Program-made: the position numbers and the translations under genes | Part shown: in pieces, positions 1-11,405 of the stretch | Position numbering within the stretch: position 1 is the stretch's first letter | Layout of the letters: each line of letters opens with the position of its first letter | From: Sphyrna mokarran | Lineage: Eukaryota | DNA: 64,000 bases | Reading direction: 5' to 3' | NCBI GenBank assembly: GCA_024679065.1 | Contig: JAGIQG010000024.1 | Location: 24,614,001 to 24,678,000, forward strand | Notes under the pieces: model-generated | Told to the model about the DNA's origin: nothing | The model's input: only the letters and a program-made list of their open reading frames with translations | Databases searched by the model: none

Positions 1-482
1 CCCTCGACAGACCTCATCTGCTTAGTCTTATAAATATACCAGACAAATAAAAATGAGTAATGGAAATTTTAACAACCATGTGTACCGTTCTGTGCACCAC
101 ACTGTAGGAAAGATGTGAGCATATTGGAAGAGTGCAGAAAAAGTGACAAGAATGGTTCCTGAGATCATAAGCATCAGTTATGAGAATAGATTGGAGAAGC
201 TCTTCCTGGGGACAAGAAAGCAGTGAGGAGGTTTGATAGAAGTGTTCAAACTTCTGAGGGGGCTTGTCAGAATAGAGAGGGAGAGGCTATTCCCCAAAGG
301 GAAACAGGTTCTGCCTCTTATGAGAGGGAAGGAGAAAGCACAGATTTGAAGTAATTTGCAAAAGAAATAAATGTGATGTGTGAAAGAAAACTTCTTCATG
401 CAGTGAGTGGTTTAGGTCTGGAATGCACTGCTTGGAAGTGCGGTGAAGACCAGTTCTATCGGGGCTTGCTTTCAAGAGAGCA
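1..482 (+). mobile_element. Old CR1-clade LINE 3' fragment, interrupted by a 61-bp insertion
   Basis: Decayed CR1 ORF2 C-terminal motifs: tgtgtaccgttctgtgcaccacactgtaggaaagatg (CVQFWxPHxRKD-like), ttgatagaagtgttcaaa (LIEVFK), ttcttcatgcagtgagtggttt...tggaatgcactg (FFTQRVV..WNAL). Confidence 0.8.
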
Positions 483-626
483 TTTTTTGATTTGATTTGA
501 TTTATTATTGTCACGTGTTTTGGGATACAATAAAAAGTATTGTCTCTTTTGAGCTATGCAGACAAAGCAGATTGTTCATAGAGAATATAGGGGAGAAGGA
601 AAGGACAGCGTACAGAATGTAGTGTT
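483..626 (-). mobile_element. Rex1/Babar-type LINE 3' end fragment
   Basis: (ATTTG)n tail followed by ttattattgtcac, the same tail as the ORF-bearing copy at 4463-6110. Confidence 0.7.
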
Positions 627-774
627 AATTAAAAAGAGGGCCATGGTGAAAAGGTTGGAGAATGGCACTAAATCATAACGTTCATCCAGAGAGCCAGTGC
701 AAATGCAATGGGCCAAATTGGCTCTTTCTGTGCTGTAACAACTCTGTGATTCTGCAACTAACGTATGTCACAAT

Positions 775-1865
775 AGTTTTTATAGCTAGCAAAACATTTT
801 TGAAGAACAATCTCAGTTGTAGTGCAAGGAACATGACAGCCAGCTTGTTCATTGCAAATTCTCACAGACTACAGTGTGTGGTAATATGATATTGATTGAA
901 TGATAAATATTGAGCAGGACACTAAGGGATAATTCCTCTGCTCTTCAATAACTGAATTGCATGGGATCTTTCACATCCATTTGAAAGAACAGACATGGGC
1001 CGGGATTCTCCCAAAAAAAATTAAATGTTTTGGGTGTACTTAATAAATCTCCAACATTCTGTGCATCACAGAGTGCTCCAGAGAGGTTCACATCAGAGGC
1101 AGGGCCTCATCCAGCTGGGGAGGCCTGCATCAGTGCATGTGCACTGCCTCCACTTCCACCCTCCCCAAGCCTCCCCCAACCCAACACCTCCTGCACCCCC
1201 CGGAAAACCCCATCATCAACCTCCCAATCACTGGCCTTCACTGGTTATCCCTGACTGCTTGGCAATGCCAGTTGGCTGTAATAAGGTACCCAGTGGGCAG
1301 TGCCAGTGCACCCCTTAGGCAGTGCCAGAGTGCCAGGCACTCCCCAAATGGCAACACCCTGCCCACAACCTCAAAGGCCTCTGTCCCCACTAGAGAGGTG
1401 ATTCTATTCACGTTGGAGGGGATCAGATGTAAACCTCTATGGTGTGGACCTCTCCCAGTATGGGAGGAGACCAGCAGCCCTGGAGAACACCATCTCAAAT
1501 TGCTAATCATACAGAAATTACGAATTCCATATGGGGAATCAACTTTGCACCGATTTCCGGCCTAGGGCTAACTACAGCAGAGTAAAGGTCCTGGGAGACT
1601 CGCAATCGGCTGGACCTTGGTTGCAAGTCCAGCTAAAGGCCCTTTGCTGATGTCGCTCCTGAGTTACTGAAGCAGAGTAGCAGCTTGGGATAATCCCAGC
1701 CATGGTCTCAGTTAATGTCTGAGTTAAGGACTCCTAACGGTACGGCAGCCCCTCAGTACTGGACTAGTAGCATCGGTCTTGATTTTCATATGACATCCTG
1801 GAGTCAAGCTCAAATCTTCCAATCTGCCAATATAAAGACAAGGAGTAGCAACTAAGACCCAGCTT
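775..1865 (-). mobile_element. DeuSINE-like (SacSINE1-like) SINE split by a MITE at 998-1701
   Basis: gataaatattgagcaggacac...atgggatctttcacatccat...acagac|ggtctcagttaatgtct...cctcagtactg matches the reverse complement of the plus-strand copy at 30040-30605. Confidence 0.65.
998..1701. mobile_element. Non-autonomous DNA transposon (PIF/Harbinger-like), about 700 bp
   Basis: TIRs GGCCGGGATTCTCCCA (998-1013) and TGGGATAATCCCAGCC (1686-1701) match 14/16. 3-bp TSD ATG on both sides. Removing it restores the host SINE. Related copy at 55720-56676. Confidence 0.8.
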
Positions 1866-2479
1866 AAAAAAAAACACAAGTAGTCAGACATGAAAAAAAA
1901 CTCTGCAAAAGCAATCCAGTGTCTGGAAAGAGGTGTTTTAGATGGAGTTTTGGAGTTTCTGTATAAAACTTTAACATGGTGTTTGTCAGATCTGGACTGG
2001 CCTGAATTTATTTCCAGCAGCTTATTTTCCTCTGTTAAAGCAATAACATTTGCCAACCATTAAGCAGGACACATCAATAGCTCTTTCGCCAACAAGCTAA
2101 AAGTGGTCAAACTTAATAAGATAAGCAAAAATGTCCAAAATAAATTATAAATATAAATAGTTAGAAGGGAATGAGTTTGAGGCCATAATCTCATCTTCTG
2201 CTTTGCTCTGGTGTTGTTCATGACATCATCTGAACCCCCCAATTAGATTATGACTTTGGAATGGCTTTCCGTTGGCTGTTATTCGACAATATTTTAGAAA
2301 CATCTGCTTAGTCTTATAAATATACCAGACAAATAAAAATGAGTAATGGAAATTTTAACAAACATGGTCATTGAACTTAAATCAAGATTGCTACAAATGG
2401 TTAACAGGCAGCATTGCATCCTTTGCAGATTTCTAAATAATACTTTATTGTCTACGAGGATACAAAATATCTTTATCTT

Positions 2480-2660
2480 AATATAGAAATAGCAGAAATA
2501 GGCCATTTGGCCCTTTCAGCCTGCTCCACCATTCATTTTGATCATGGCTGATCATTGAATTCAATATCCTGATTCCCCCTTCCCCCCATAACCCTTGATC
2601 CCTATGGAAACAGAAACTAGAAGCAGGAGCAGGCCATTCAGCCCTTCATGTCTGCTGCTT
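2480..2660 (-). mobile_element. Two short CR1 3'-tail fragments
   Basis: aggccatttggccctttcagcctgctccaccattca...ataacccttgatccc, then a second tail agcaggagcaggccattcagcccttc. Confidence 0.65.
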
Positions 2661-3939
2661 ACCTTCAAATTGAATTTGAGCCAAAAATCTTCCCTGAACT
2701 GAGATGATGCTGATGTCACAAAACTACACTGTGATCTAACATGACAGAAATGTGAAGCAGTGAGGAGAAATAAACTAAACTCGGTGCATGATTCATAATA
2801 ACTACCACTATATAATATAATCATTAATGTATAATATATTCTGCAATAGCCAAAGGAAAGCATTTAGTTCTTACATCACTATCATCTTTATTACCTTTTC
2901 ATCTACTTCATGAACTTTTTTCCCATTGGATATTATTTACATATAAAACAGCAAGACATATCAGCTTCCAAAAATAGAATTTAACATTCTACGGGCCCAA
3001 AATGCCATAAAATAGAATGTGTTAGTGCAGACTCAATGGGCTGAAGGGCCTCTTCTGCACTGTATGATGTGATGGTTCTAAAATCCTCTCTGCCAGGATG
3101 AGTGTAGCATAACGGGATCCAACATCACTCAAAACAAAGACCACCTTAGCCTTCCTGAGCACAGTTTCATTGGGGTGCTGAAGGTGGGGGCATTGCACCT
3201 TGTTGGAAGGATATATCAGAGGCATCCCTCCTGGATTACAGAGTCAAAATCCTAGAATATAGAACATAGAACACTACAGCACAAACAGGCCCTTCGGCCC
3301 ACAAGTTGCACCAATCATACCCATACCTACTAGGGCATAGAACTATCTGTAGCTCCCAATTCCATTTAATCCCATTATGATGATGGTCATGTCAGGTCGT
3401 GAAGTGAAACCAAGAACATCCTTTGATACCTATTATGTCGTTCAAGGAATTTCCTCAAAAACAAAATGATGGAAAATTAGAAATATCAAATATTCATAAA
3501 AGATAATGCTGCTGACAGAAGTTAAGTTGGAAAGTTAATTATTGTCACATGTATTGGGACATAGTTTAAAGCACTATTTCTTGCACACTATTCAGTATGT
3601 TTTAAATAATTTTGTTTTTGAAAAATTTCCTTAAGGACATGATAAATATCGCTAGATTCTTTGGTTTCATTCCACGACCTGACAAGATTGCCATCATAAA
3701 TTTTGTTACATCATATACATTTCTACAACATTTTAAAACATGCTGTGTAGCGCAGAAGAAACAATACTTTTTGCTGTATCCCAATACATGTGACAACAAC
3801 AAATCAAATCAAATTGGTATTGTCATGGCTGCTGTGAAAATTGTGCTCACGTAGATAATACATGGTGGACCTCTTTTGGAGAGCTGATGTGACAAGCCAT
3901 ACAGACACATTGAAGCTTACAAAAGAAACCCTTCTCTGA

Positions 3940-4082
3940 CAGCAGTGTAGGTACCTACACCACATGGACTGCAGCGGTTCAAGAGGTCAGCTCCCCACCA
4001 CCTTCACGAGGGTAATTAGGGGTGGGGAGTAAATGCTGGTCTGGCCACTGATGTCTTTGTCCCATGAACAAATACTTCTAAA
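3940..4082 (+). mobile_element. 3' tail of a second CR1-clade LINE family
   Basis: ggactgcagcggttcaag...caccaccttc...gggtaattaggggtgggg..taaatgctgg. Same tail at 17110-17230 (minus) and on the SINE family at 39988. Confidence 0.6.
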
Positions 4083-4103
4083 AAGGACAAACTTGTGTCT
4101 TAC

Positions 4104-4258
4104 TTCTGACCATACTTGAGCTCTTTTTGGCAAGAGTTCTGGTAAGAGTCACTCAATGGCAAAGTTCGTCAGTCACTCTTGGATATCCTCCACATGCCCA
4201 TTTGCCATGGTGAGAGGGGTGCTCCAGTGGTTGGAAGGCTGCCATGACTCTCCATCTA
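4104..4258 (-). other. Candidate 155-nt internal exon, mostly 5' UTR; last ATG would start M-V-R- across a phase-1 intron
   Basis: Minus strand: polypyrimidine tract ttttgctgttttgcag| (NAGNAG CAGTAG) and donor GAA|gtaaga. Not recognisably repetitive. All three frames contain stops; only the ATG at 4113-4111 (AGTATGG, good Kozak context) stays open to the donor. Confidence 0.4.
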
Positions 4259-4462
4259 CTGCAAAACAGCAAAACTAAAAACAAATAATGGGACTGGACA
4301 TCATCCTATTCTCCAACTCCTGTGGGATGATCTGCTATAGTTTCACCCGGCTGAATAGAAAGTTTAACCCTTATCTCCCTATCTTAATATATATTTTGAT
4401 ACAATTAATCACATCACAGGCTAGTTTCATGCTTTGTCACATATAAAGGAGCATGCAAATAA

Positions 4463-6110
4463 TTTGATTCGATTTGATTTGTTTTTGTCACATGTACTAA
4501 TGTACAATGAGAAGAATTGTTTCTTGCGTGCTATATAGACAAAACATACTATTCATATAGAAGGAAATGACAGACTGCAGAATGTAGTGTTACAGTCAAA
4601 GCGAGGATGTAGAGAAAGATCAATTTAATGCAAGGTAAATCCAATCAAAAGTCTGACAGAAGCAGGCAAGAAGCTGTTCTTGAGTAAGTTGATACATCAC
4701 CACAAACTTTTATACCTTTTTCCCAAAGGAAGAAGGCGAAAGAGAGAATGTTTGGGGTGTGTGAAGTCCTTAATTATGTTGGCTGCTTTGCCATGGCAGT
4801 GGGAAATGTAGACAGAGTTAATAAATGGGAGGCTGGTTTGCATTATGGATTGGGCTACACTTACAAGCTTTTGTAGCTCCTTGTGGTCTTGGGAAGAGCA
4901 GGAACTACATCAAGTTGTGATACAACCAGAAAGAATGCTTTCTATGATGTTTCTGTAAAAGTTGGTGAGAGTTGTAGCTGACATGTCAAATTTCCTTAGT
5001 CTTCTGAGAAAGTAGAGGCATGTGTGGGCTTTCTTCATTATAGTGTCAGCATGGGGGGACCAGGACAGGTTGTTGGTGATCGGGATACCTAAAAACCTGA
5101 AGATCTCGACCCTTTCTACTTCATTCTCGTATTCTCCTTTACGCTTCCTGAAGTTGATGTGAATATTCTTCGTTTTTCTGACATTAAGGGAGAGATAATT
5201 ATTGCCGCACCAGTTCACCAGATTCTCTCCCTCATTCCTGCACTCTGCCTCGTCATTGTTTGAGATCCGACCCACTGCTGGTGCCGTCAGCAAACTTAAA
5301 AATCGAATTGGAGGGGAATTTAGCCACGCAGTCATAGATGCATAAGGTTTCAGTGAGGGGCTCAGAACACAGCCTTTTGGGGTACCAGTGTTGAGGATGA
5401 TCGTGGAGGTGGTGTTGTTGTGGTCTGTGAGTTAGGAAGTTCAGGATTCAGTCACAGAGGGAGGTGCCAAGGCTCAGGCCACAGAATTTGGAGATGAATT
5501 TTGTGGAAATAATAGTGTTGAAGGCTGAGTTGTAGTCAGTAAGTCTGACATAGATGTCCTTGTTATCTAGGTGTTCGAAGATTGAGTATAGGGTCAGGGA
5601 AATGGCATCTGCTGTGGACACGTTGCAGCAGTAGGTAAACTGTAGTGGGTCCAGGTAGTCCGGTAGCTGGAATTGATTCGTACTATGACTAATCTTTATA
5701 ATGTACTTTATAATGATGGACGCCAGAGCTCCCGGCCGATAGTCATTGAGACACTCTGCTTAGTTTTTCTTAAGTCCCGGCATGATGGTCTTCTTCTTGA
5801 AGCAGATAGGGACCTCAGATTGTTATAAAGAGAAGTTTTATGTCTCTGTCACCTGACCTGTGGAGAGTCTGAGTGCCCCATCTGGGCCAGTGCTTTCTGT
5901 GGGTTGACCTTCAAGAAAGCTGCTCTGACATCTGCAATGGTGACCCCGGATACAGGTTCATCCAGGCCTTCCAGGGTGAAGGGTATGTTCTCGCTGACCT
6001 CTTGCTCAAAACGGGTACAGAATTCATTGAGCTCATCAGGAAGGGAATGCGTTGGAGCCAACAATTTCACATGCTTTCATCTTGTAGTCTGTTACATTTT
6101 GCAGACATTG
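4463..6110 (-). mobile_element. Rex1/Babar-clade non-LTR retrotransposon, 5'-truncated, decayed RT
   Basis: ORF 4910-5335 (LVNWCGNNYLSLNVRKTK...FRFLGIPITNNLSWSPH...LYFLRRLRKF...FYRNIIESILSGCIT), ORF 5849-6070 (LPDELNEFCTRFE...DVRAAFLKVNPQKA), and a (CAAAT)n 3' tail at about 4463-4480. Confidence 0.85.
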
Positions 6111-6539
6111 CCATAGTTGGTGGGGTTCGGTGTGGTTGCCTACTGTCGTCAATAAAATATTGCATTAGCTGACTAACTCATAAAAAATATTGGGTAGGAT
6201 TTTGTGAACTTTTCACTCATCTCGAAACAGGAAAATCTTGCCGAGGTCAACGGACATTTCAATGGTCCTCCCCTTGCCGTGCTGGACAGAACAGATAAAT
6301 TTACTCCATTGAGTATGATTTCCTGGGAGCAATACCACTAAAAAGTGATCAGAAAGTTAATCTAAAAGAAACCAATTGTCATCTGTTGGGGTCTGAACTT
6401 GAGACGGTGTTTCTGCTGATTAATTTCACTAACATTTATGAATTGCTTAAATTTATTCAAATAATTTGGACACTAGCCATTCAATCTCACTTGCCAGATA
6501 TTTAATACCCTGGACAAGGTCATGGAAGAGATCACATGG

Positions 6540-6830
6540 CAAAGTGGGGCGTGTCCATGCCTCTCCATCAGCGCTCTGGGTTGAAACTCCACCCCTAGTA
6601 TCTGACAGCCAAGGAAGATGTGTTTTAACATACCCAAAGAGGTTGGGCGTCAACCCATGATTTCCTGCCAATGGCAGCCGGGAAGAACAGGAGATGTTCC
6701 TGGTCAGCCTTGAGATGGAAAGAAAATTGGATCCTCTGCTATCATTATCCATAGTTCCAGACTACATACAAATTACACAGAACCTACATATAAAAGTGCA
6801 CTTTGCCATGTCCCTGAATAAACAATGACT
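6540..6830 (+). repeat. Unclassified old dispersed repeat (SINE-like); related copies about 12470-12730 (+) and 21385-21600 (-)
   Basis: Shared blocks aacat..caaagaggttg, aaatccttc, tggcag.g, cctggtcagcc across the three loci. The 12470 copy has a box-B-like GGTTCAAGTC. Confidence 0.5.
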
Positions 6831-7647
6831 AAGATTTTATGCTACCCACAAACTAATAATGTTTTGTGAATAGAGGTGATTAACGGAATTATTTAATCAT
6901 CCTGAGAGACATGTAAACTATATAAATTCTTCTATACACTAGTTATTGTAGCCATGTTATGAAATCAGTTTAACATCTGCACATTATTCTAGCAGGATAT
7001 TCCAGGCTATAATCCTGAACTACAGAACAGTGAGAAGGGGACCTCTGCCTACTGAACAATTTATGAATATATGTTCTGATTACATGAGCCATTTGGTTGT
7101 TTGGATCTTTACACACTATTTACTAATTTTCCTGCCTCTCGGTCAAAGTTCCAAACAGAATCCTGGCACAAATGTGGAACAGACCCTCTCCCTGGGCGCG
7201 GAGCAGCCTGGATTGCATTCTCTGTTTGTGCTAACATTTCAAAACTGCCATCTTCTGCCCACCGCCGTCTCCTGCCCAGAGAGCCCAGGGATTTCTGTGG
7301 GAATTCTTTGTCAGCCTTTGAGAGGACTGACCACACAGCACTGTTTATTTTTCATTTTCTTTTGTGTTTTATTTTTAATCCTGCCTGCTTAACGCAGACC
7401 ACAGAGTGTAACTGTTCTGCCACAAACTAATTCAAACAGTCAGCATGAGGTACACAATGCAGAAAGCATGCATTTCCCAATTATGAGGACAACCAACTTG
7501 AGGTGGAGGACAATTTAAATCTAATTGACTTTGAATTAGCAATCAAATTGGATTAACCCTTTAACAGCTGCGGTGACATCCTAACCTAGAATGAAGCAAT
7601 GTCTACCAGAACTATTGATTATATATCTAGAAAGATTGGGGGGTGGA

Positions 7648-7784
7648 GGGGCATGATCTTACCTGCCGTTCATGCCTTGCTCCCACTGCAGCAAGGTCGG
7701 AGAATTTGGCAGCCAAGAAAATCTCCGTTCACTGCAGCGGGATGGGAAAATCCTGTCAACGTGAACTGTGATAAGATTCCATGT
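7648..7784. mobile_element. Hairpin MITE
   Basis: Nested inverted blocks gatcttac/ataagatt, gttca/tgaac, cccactgcag/ctgcagcggg, cggaga.ttt/aaatctccg. Confidence 0.65.
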
Positions 7785-8584
7785 CATGCTCAGTCTCAAT
7801 CACAGATTAGGAGGTGCTGAGAATGGTAATGGTGAGAAGGGCCACTGAGTGCGGGAAAGGAATAAAAGAAATACACTAAACCCCTCACTTCATGGAGACT
7901 CCGCTGTTGGAATGGTGGCAATGTATAAAAAGAGGATGGGAGTCAGGTGCGATGCTTCCTCTGGCGGAATAGCTGATGATGTGCACTGCCCAGGCTAGTG
8001 GAGTGAGGCACTAAAGAACACATTGGAAGTGAAAATGCAGTAGCAGGAGAGGAGTTTGCAATAATCTGCTTTGCTTCTGCCACGTATTTGAAGACTCCTG
8101 CTTCCAGGGCGGGCGCAGAACAGAATTCTCCATTGGTCTCAAATGGAATTTTACAAGCCTTGCCTCAACAAGTTAGTAAAACACCGGGCAGTCAGTTTTT
8201 ATTCCCTGCTGTCTTTCTGCATTGCTATTAGCCATTTGTGAGTATTTTCCCCAATGATGTAATTTAAAAGGATGGAAAGTCTGTGGCGATTCTGACACCA
8301 ATGATGCTTTTATGGGGTAATGTTCACTGGATCCCAGTCGGGTTGATCCCACGCTTTTCCAGGTGTTCATCTCAAGGTGATGAAAAGTCAGACTCCCTGC
8401 AGGGAGGTCACAACTTGCACAGGGTGCATGATTAATCGGAATGAGGTGGCTAAATTTTCTTCTGAATTTCCAATCCTTAAACAGCTGAAGATGGAAGAGT
8501 TAGTTTCAGCTTGTGATACATACCCTTCTTGTAAGACTCAATATTCACCTAGTGTATCCTTAGTGTCTACACTCAGTATTACTG

Positions 8585-8713
8585 TTTAAGTTTATTTATT
8601 AGTGTCACAAGTAGGCTTACATTAACACTCAGTGAAGTTGCTGTGAAAATCCCCTAGTTGCCACACTCTAGCACCTATTCGGGGTATACTGAGGGAGAAT
8701 TTGGCATGCCCAA
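8585..8713 (-). mobile_element. V-SINE type-B tail fragment
   Basis: aagtttatttattagtgtcacaagtaggcttacattaacac...aaaatcccctag, the same tail as full copies at 26606 and 53372. Confidence 0.75.
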
Positions 8714-8969
8714 TACAGTTACGTTGAGTACATGCACTGCAGTAACTCACCAAGCTTTCTTTGCCAGCATGTTCATCCAGCTGCAGAGAATCTATTATGT
8801 GAACAGTAAGAGCAGCATTATTATGAGGTCCTACTATTGACAGGTTGTCATCCAGTTCAAATCACATACTGATGATATTGACATTTATCGTGATCCCATT
8901 GCTGATCCCACACTGGAATTCCAGCCTAACACCATTGTGAGGCACCACCATCGCAAGAACAGTAACAAT

Positions 8970-9196
8970 TCATAGAACCATAGAATCCCTATAGTGCAAC
9001 TAAAGGTCGATTTAGCACGGCCAATCCACATAACCAACACATCTTTTGAATATGGGAGGAAACCGTAAGATCCAGAATAAGCCTACACAACCACAGAGAG
9101 AAAGTACAAGTTCCACACAGACAGCGACCCAAAGCCAGAATTGAACCTGGATACTGGTGTGAGGTAGCAATGCTAACCACTGTGCTACCATGCCAT
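8970..9196 (-). mobile_element. HE1-like V-SINE with CR1-type tail and an internal deletion
   Basis: tRNA-like head (reverse complement ggcatggtagcacagtggttagc...ggttcaattc), V-domain gggaggaaacc, tail gggattctatg. Confidence 0.85.
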
Positions 9197-9226
9197 ACCC
9201 TTCTTGAAGAAGGCCCGCCACATTCG

Positions 9227-9570
9227 TGGGCAGCATGGTGGCATAATGGTTAGCGCTGCTGCCTCAGGGCACCAGGGACCCGGGTTAAATTCCAGCTTTG
9301 GGTCACTGTTTGTGCGGAGTCTGCACATTCTCCTCATGTCTGCGTGGGTTTCACGTGGGTGCTCCAGTTTCCTCCCACGGTCCAAAGTTATGCAGGATAG
9401 ATTGTCCATGCTAAGTTGCCCCTTAGTGTACAAGGATGTGTAAGTTAAGAGGATTAGTGGGGTAAGTATGTGGGGTTATGGGAATAGGGCCTGGGTAAGA
9501 TGGTCTGTTGGACAGTTGGTGTCGACTTGATGAGCCAAATAGCCTCCTTCTGCACTGTAGGGATTCTACG
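9227..9570 (+). mobile_element. HE1-like V-SINE, full length
   Basis: gggcagcatggtggcataatggttagc (box A), gggttaaattcc (box B), V-domain tgcgtgggtt...gctccagtttcctccca, tail cctccttctgcactgtagggattcta. Confidence 0.9.
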
Positions 9571-10164
9571 TAAAGCAACTGAAAATGGGAAATGAATTCC
9601 ATTTTACTAAAATCACCCATATTTCTTGAATAGCTAAGAAGGAAAATTTTTAAGACGTAAAAAGTTTCCTATATTTTAGCAATGATTGGCTTTGAGAGGG
9701 ATGAAAGAATCATAGAATCGAATCAGAGAATGTTTACAGCACAGACAGAAGCCGTTTGGCCTGTGATATCCATTCTGCTCTCCGCAAGATGTGTGTGCTA
9801 TAAATGAAACTCATGGGCAAATATCAGAATGTCACAATACCCTTCTTGACAAGTGGTCAAGTGTTGAAGGAGGTGATTGGAGAGAATGTTGCTACATTAG
9901 GCTATCAGGTGTAGGAGTCGGTTACCGAACACAGCTCTGCTAATATTGCTTCCAGAACCAGATGCAAGGGGAGATTATGGGATTTACACAAGTCCGACAC
10001 TGTATCAGACTGCTGGCCGAAGATGTAGTGTGTGGTAAACTCTTCTACATTTACAGCTCAAGCCCTCTCTCGCAACCTTGCAGCTACACAAGGGAGTGGA
10101 CAGCAAATTTGGAGCAGGGAGTCCATACAAATTTTGATCAGAGATGCAAGCATTCAGTTTTGCA

Positions 10165-10272
10165 TTATTATAGACCAAAAGAGAAAATGCTGGAAAATCT
10201 CAGCAGGTCTGGCAGCAACTGTAACAGGAGAAAAAGGAACTGACATTTTGAGTCCAGATGACGCTTTATTAT
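10165..10272 (-). mobile_element. Penelope-like terminal repeat remnant (family 2)
   Basis: gaaaatgctggaaaatctcagcaggtctggcagca...gagtccagatgac, homologous to 42315-42455. Confidence 0.6.
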
Positions 10273-10628
10273 TATTATAGATTGGAGGTGCCGGTTCCTA
10301 TTTAATAATACATTTGATACAAACATTGAGCTGAACAACATTCATAGTTCCTTGGGATTTATGTCAGTCTTGCGTTGCTTTCTGTCCAAAAGAAGATGCA
10401 GTGGTTTCATCTCACTGGCTTTAAAATTGCAACATTTAGTTCATCTTGTCTCCCCAACTTTTTATACCAAAATATGTCACTCACCATTTTTTTTATTAAG
10501 TTGCCTCTGCCACCTCTCTGTTTGTTTCGCTGTCCTCCTGAAATCTGTCACTATCCCCTTCACTGCTTACTACAGTTTTGAGTTCTGCAAACTTTGCAAT
10601 TAGGCCCTTATAACAAGTTCAAGTCATT

Positions 10629-10755
10629 GGGAGGGATTTTACAGCCTCGCTCATCCCAAAACTTAAAATTCTCCCCGCGGTCAATGCACTTTCCCATTAT
10701 CCCCTTCTCGCCCGCTCCAATTCCCGTGGTGGGTAGGGCTGTAGAATTCTGGTGA
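10629..10755. mobile_element. Short hairpin MITE; related short MITEs near 6192-6308, 12940-13070, 15712-15831, 24008-24200, 27685-27785, 28775-28900, 47165-47310
   Basis: Inverted ends gattttacagcc and ggctgtagaatt. The 15712-15831 copy is flanked by a 3-bp TSD ACA. Confidence 0.65.
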
Positions 10756-11224
10756 TTAATATCAAAAAGGTAGTAGTTCTCCTGGCCCCATCACTGTGTT
10801 TGAGGACCCAAACCAATTATTTAGAATTTTTTCTTTCACACTGTTTGCCTAATTTAGAAAGCACACAATTTCTCCTTGTAAGAATATACCTCAAAAAGCT
10901 TACATCATGTAGGTGCAAGTTAATAAAAGCCAAAGATACAGGATCTCAAAGTAACCGTCCTGATAACACTGGAATTGACTGGCCGAACATAATCTACTGC
11001 ATCCTTCCACTTATCGTCAATTAGTATCCATCCAATCCACCTGGACATTGATTTATTTAGAGGAAGGCCGATCTATTCCACTCCTTTTGTTGCATGTTTT
11101 AATACCCTGGCCTCACCTGTGATTCTGTGATTTCCTTGTAGCTCTCAGCAGGAAAAGAGTAGACTTACATTCTAAAAAAGGAATCAATCTTGATGCAATT
11201 GGCTAATGGGATACAGGGGTTGGA

Positions 11225-11405
11225 AAAACTGGTTCACTAATATCCTTTAAAGAAGGAAATCTGCGGTCTTCACCTGGTCTGCCTTATAAGAGACTCTAGA
11301 GCCACAATGACACTGTTGACTCTCAACTGCTCTCCAAGGGCAACTATAGGTGGGCAATAAATGTTGACCAGCCAGTGATGCCCAGATCCCATGAATGAAT
11401 AAGAA
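11225..11405 (+). mobile_element. 3' part of the second tRNA-SINE family
   Basis: ctggttcactaatatcctttaaagaaggaaatctgc...caactataggtgggcaataaatg, matching 40170-40365. Confidence 0.75.

Noticed and set aside
4104-4255. Selenoprotein-like reading MESHG...KSD-TGA-RTLPL...KYGQ through one TGA
   Set aside because: No similarity to any selenoprotein I recognise and no SECIS evidence. A single stop in about 50 codons is unremarkable.
7648-7784. Hairpins as microRNA precursors (also other MITEs)
   Set aside because: Explained by multi-copy MITE inverted repeats. No recognisable conserved mature miRNA.
8751-8780. Possible 30-nt minus-strand micro-exon (LDEHAGKESL), and a similar 42-nt candidate near 11826-11867
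   Set aside because: Splice-like signals only, short pyrimidine tracts and no recognisable protein. Expected by chance in 64 kb.
9227-9300. tRNA gene calls for SINE heads (also 39988, 41420, 51457, 62558)
   Set aside because: They have A/B boxes but no complete cloverleaf and continue into SINE bodies.
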